Positions 63,340 through 64,000 of a stretch of 64,000 nucleotides of DNA are shown here, piece after piece. Within the stretch, counting starts at the first letter, position 1; every line of letters begins with the position of its first letter. Made by a program: the position numbers and the translations under genes. Source of the DNA: Octopus vulgaris (lineage: Eukaryota). The stretch is from positions 80,972,001-81,036,000 of the forward strand of contig OX597819.1 of NCBI GenBank assembly GCA_951406725.2. The letters run 5' to 3'. Under the pieces are notes generated by a model. That model ran no database searches and was not told the DNA's origin. It saw only the letters and a program-made list of their open reading frames with translations.

Positions 63340-63658
63340 TTCAGCACGTAAAAAGCACCATCCGAACGTGTCCGAATGCAGCGCCGCCTTGACTGGCTTC
63401 TGTGCCGGTGGCATGTAAAAAGCACCAACCTATCGTTGCCGCTGCGAGCCCCCCCGGCACCTGTGCCGGCGGCACGAAAAAAGCACCCACTACACTCACA
63501 GAGTGGTTGGCGTTAGGAAGGTCATCCACCTGTAGAAACACTGCCAGATCAGACTGGAGCCTGGTGCAGCCTCCTGGCTTCCCAGACCCCGGTCACACTG
63601 TCCAACCCGTGCTAGCACGGAAAACAGACGTTAAACGATGATGATGATGATGATGATG
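63340..63658 (+). mobile_element. SINE 3' portion (family D) with (GAT)n tail
   Basis: Three repeats of (C)ACGTAAAAAGCACC, GAGTGGTTGGCGTTAGGAAGG motif, and tail GACGTTAAAC(GAT)n. Confidence 0.75.
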
Positions 63659-64000
63659 GTTCTCCGTCTTTGTTTCTCTCTCCTTTCTCTCTCGCTTTCC
63701 CACTCTCTTACTTTTCTTTTCTCTCGGACTCTCCCTCGCTTTCTCTTACTCTCTATCTTTATCTATCTTTCTCCCATTTATAAACAACAAAAGATCTTGA
63801 GTAAGTTGGGAAATAAAATATTTAGAAAGATCAATCATAAATATCAGGCAGTGGCAACGGAAAGGTCTGCTTCAAGGCAGACAGCAAAACGCTAACATTT
63901 AAAAGGGACAGACGAACTTGCGAGCTGAATAAAAATAATAAAATATTGGAAACCAAAGTTTGAAGGGATAGAATCTGAGGATAGTAGAGTCACCATGGCT

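Overview
AT-rich eukaryotic genomic DNA. The SINE families, (TA)n/(TACA)n/(GATA)n density and TE mix point to an octopus (inferred, not verified). I find no supportable host exon; most ORFs in the track are microsatellite translations. The window is a TE graveyard: (1) a near-full-length, frameshifted Penelope-like element (RT + GIY-YIG, ~16915-22163) bracketed by ~1.15-1.25 kb inverted pseudo-LTRs, plus many PLE fragments from at least two RT lineages; (2) decayed RTE, CR1 and Dong/R4-type LINE fragments; (3) dozens of tRNA-derived SINE copies from about four families, some nested with clean TSDs; (4) Helitron-like elements, a Tc1/mariner remnant, a Tigger-like MITE, and an LTR with its PBS. 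The most interesting signal is a dense set of about ten minimal type-I hammerhead ribozyme motifs. Many have a U3-A8 core (UUGANAA) instead of C3-G8, and some carry further core variants. They sit in PLE ends, in two ~335-365 nt terminally redundant 'retrozyme-like' units, and in short foldback palindromes inserted at (TA)n tracts. All structures were folded by eye; none is experimentally or computationally confirmed, and TE boundaries are approximate.
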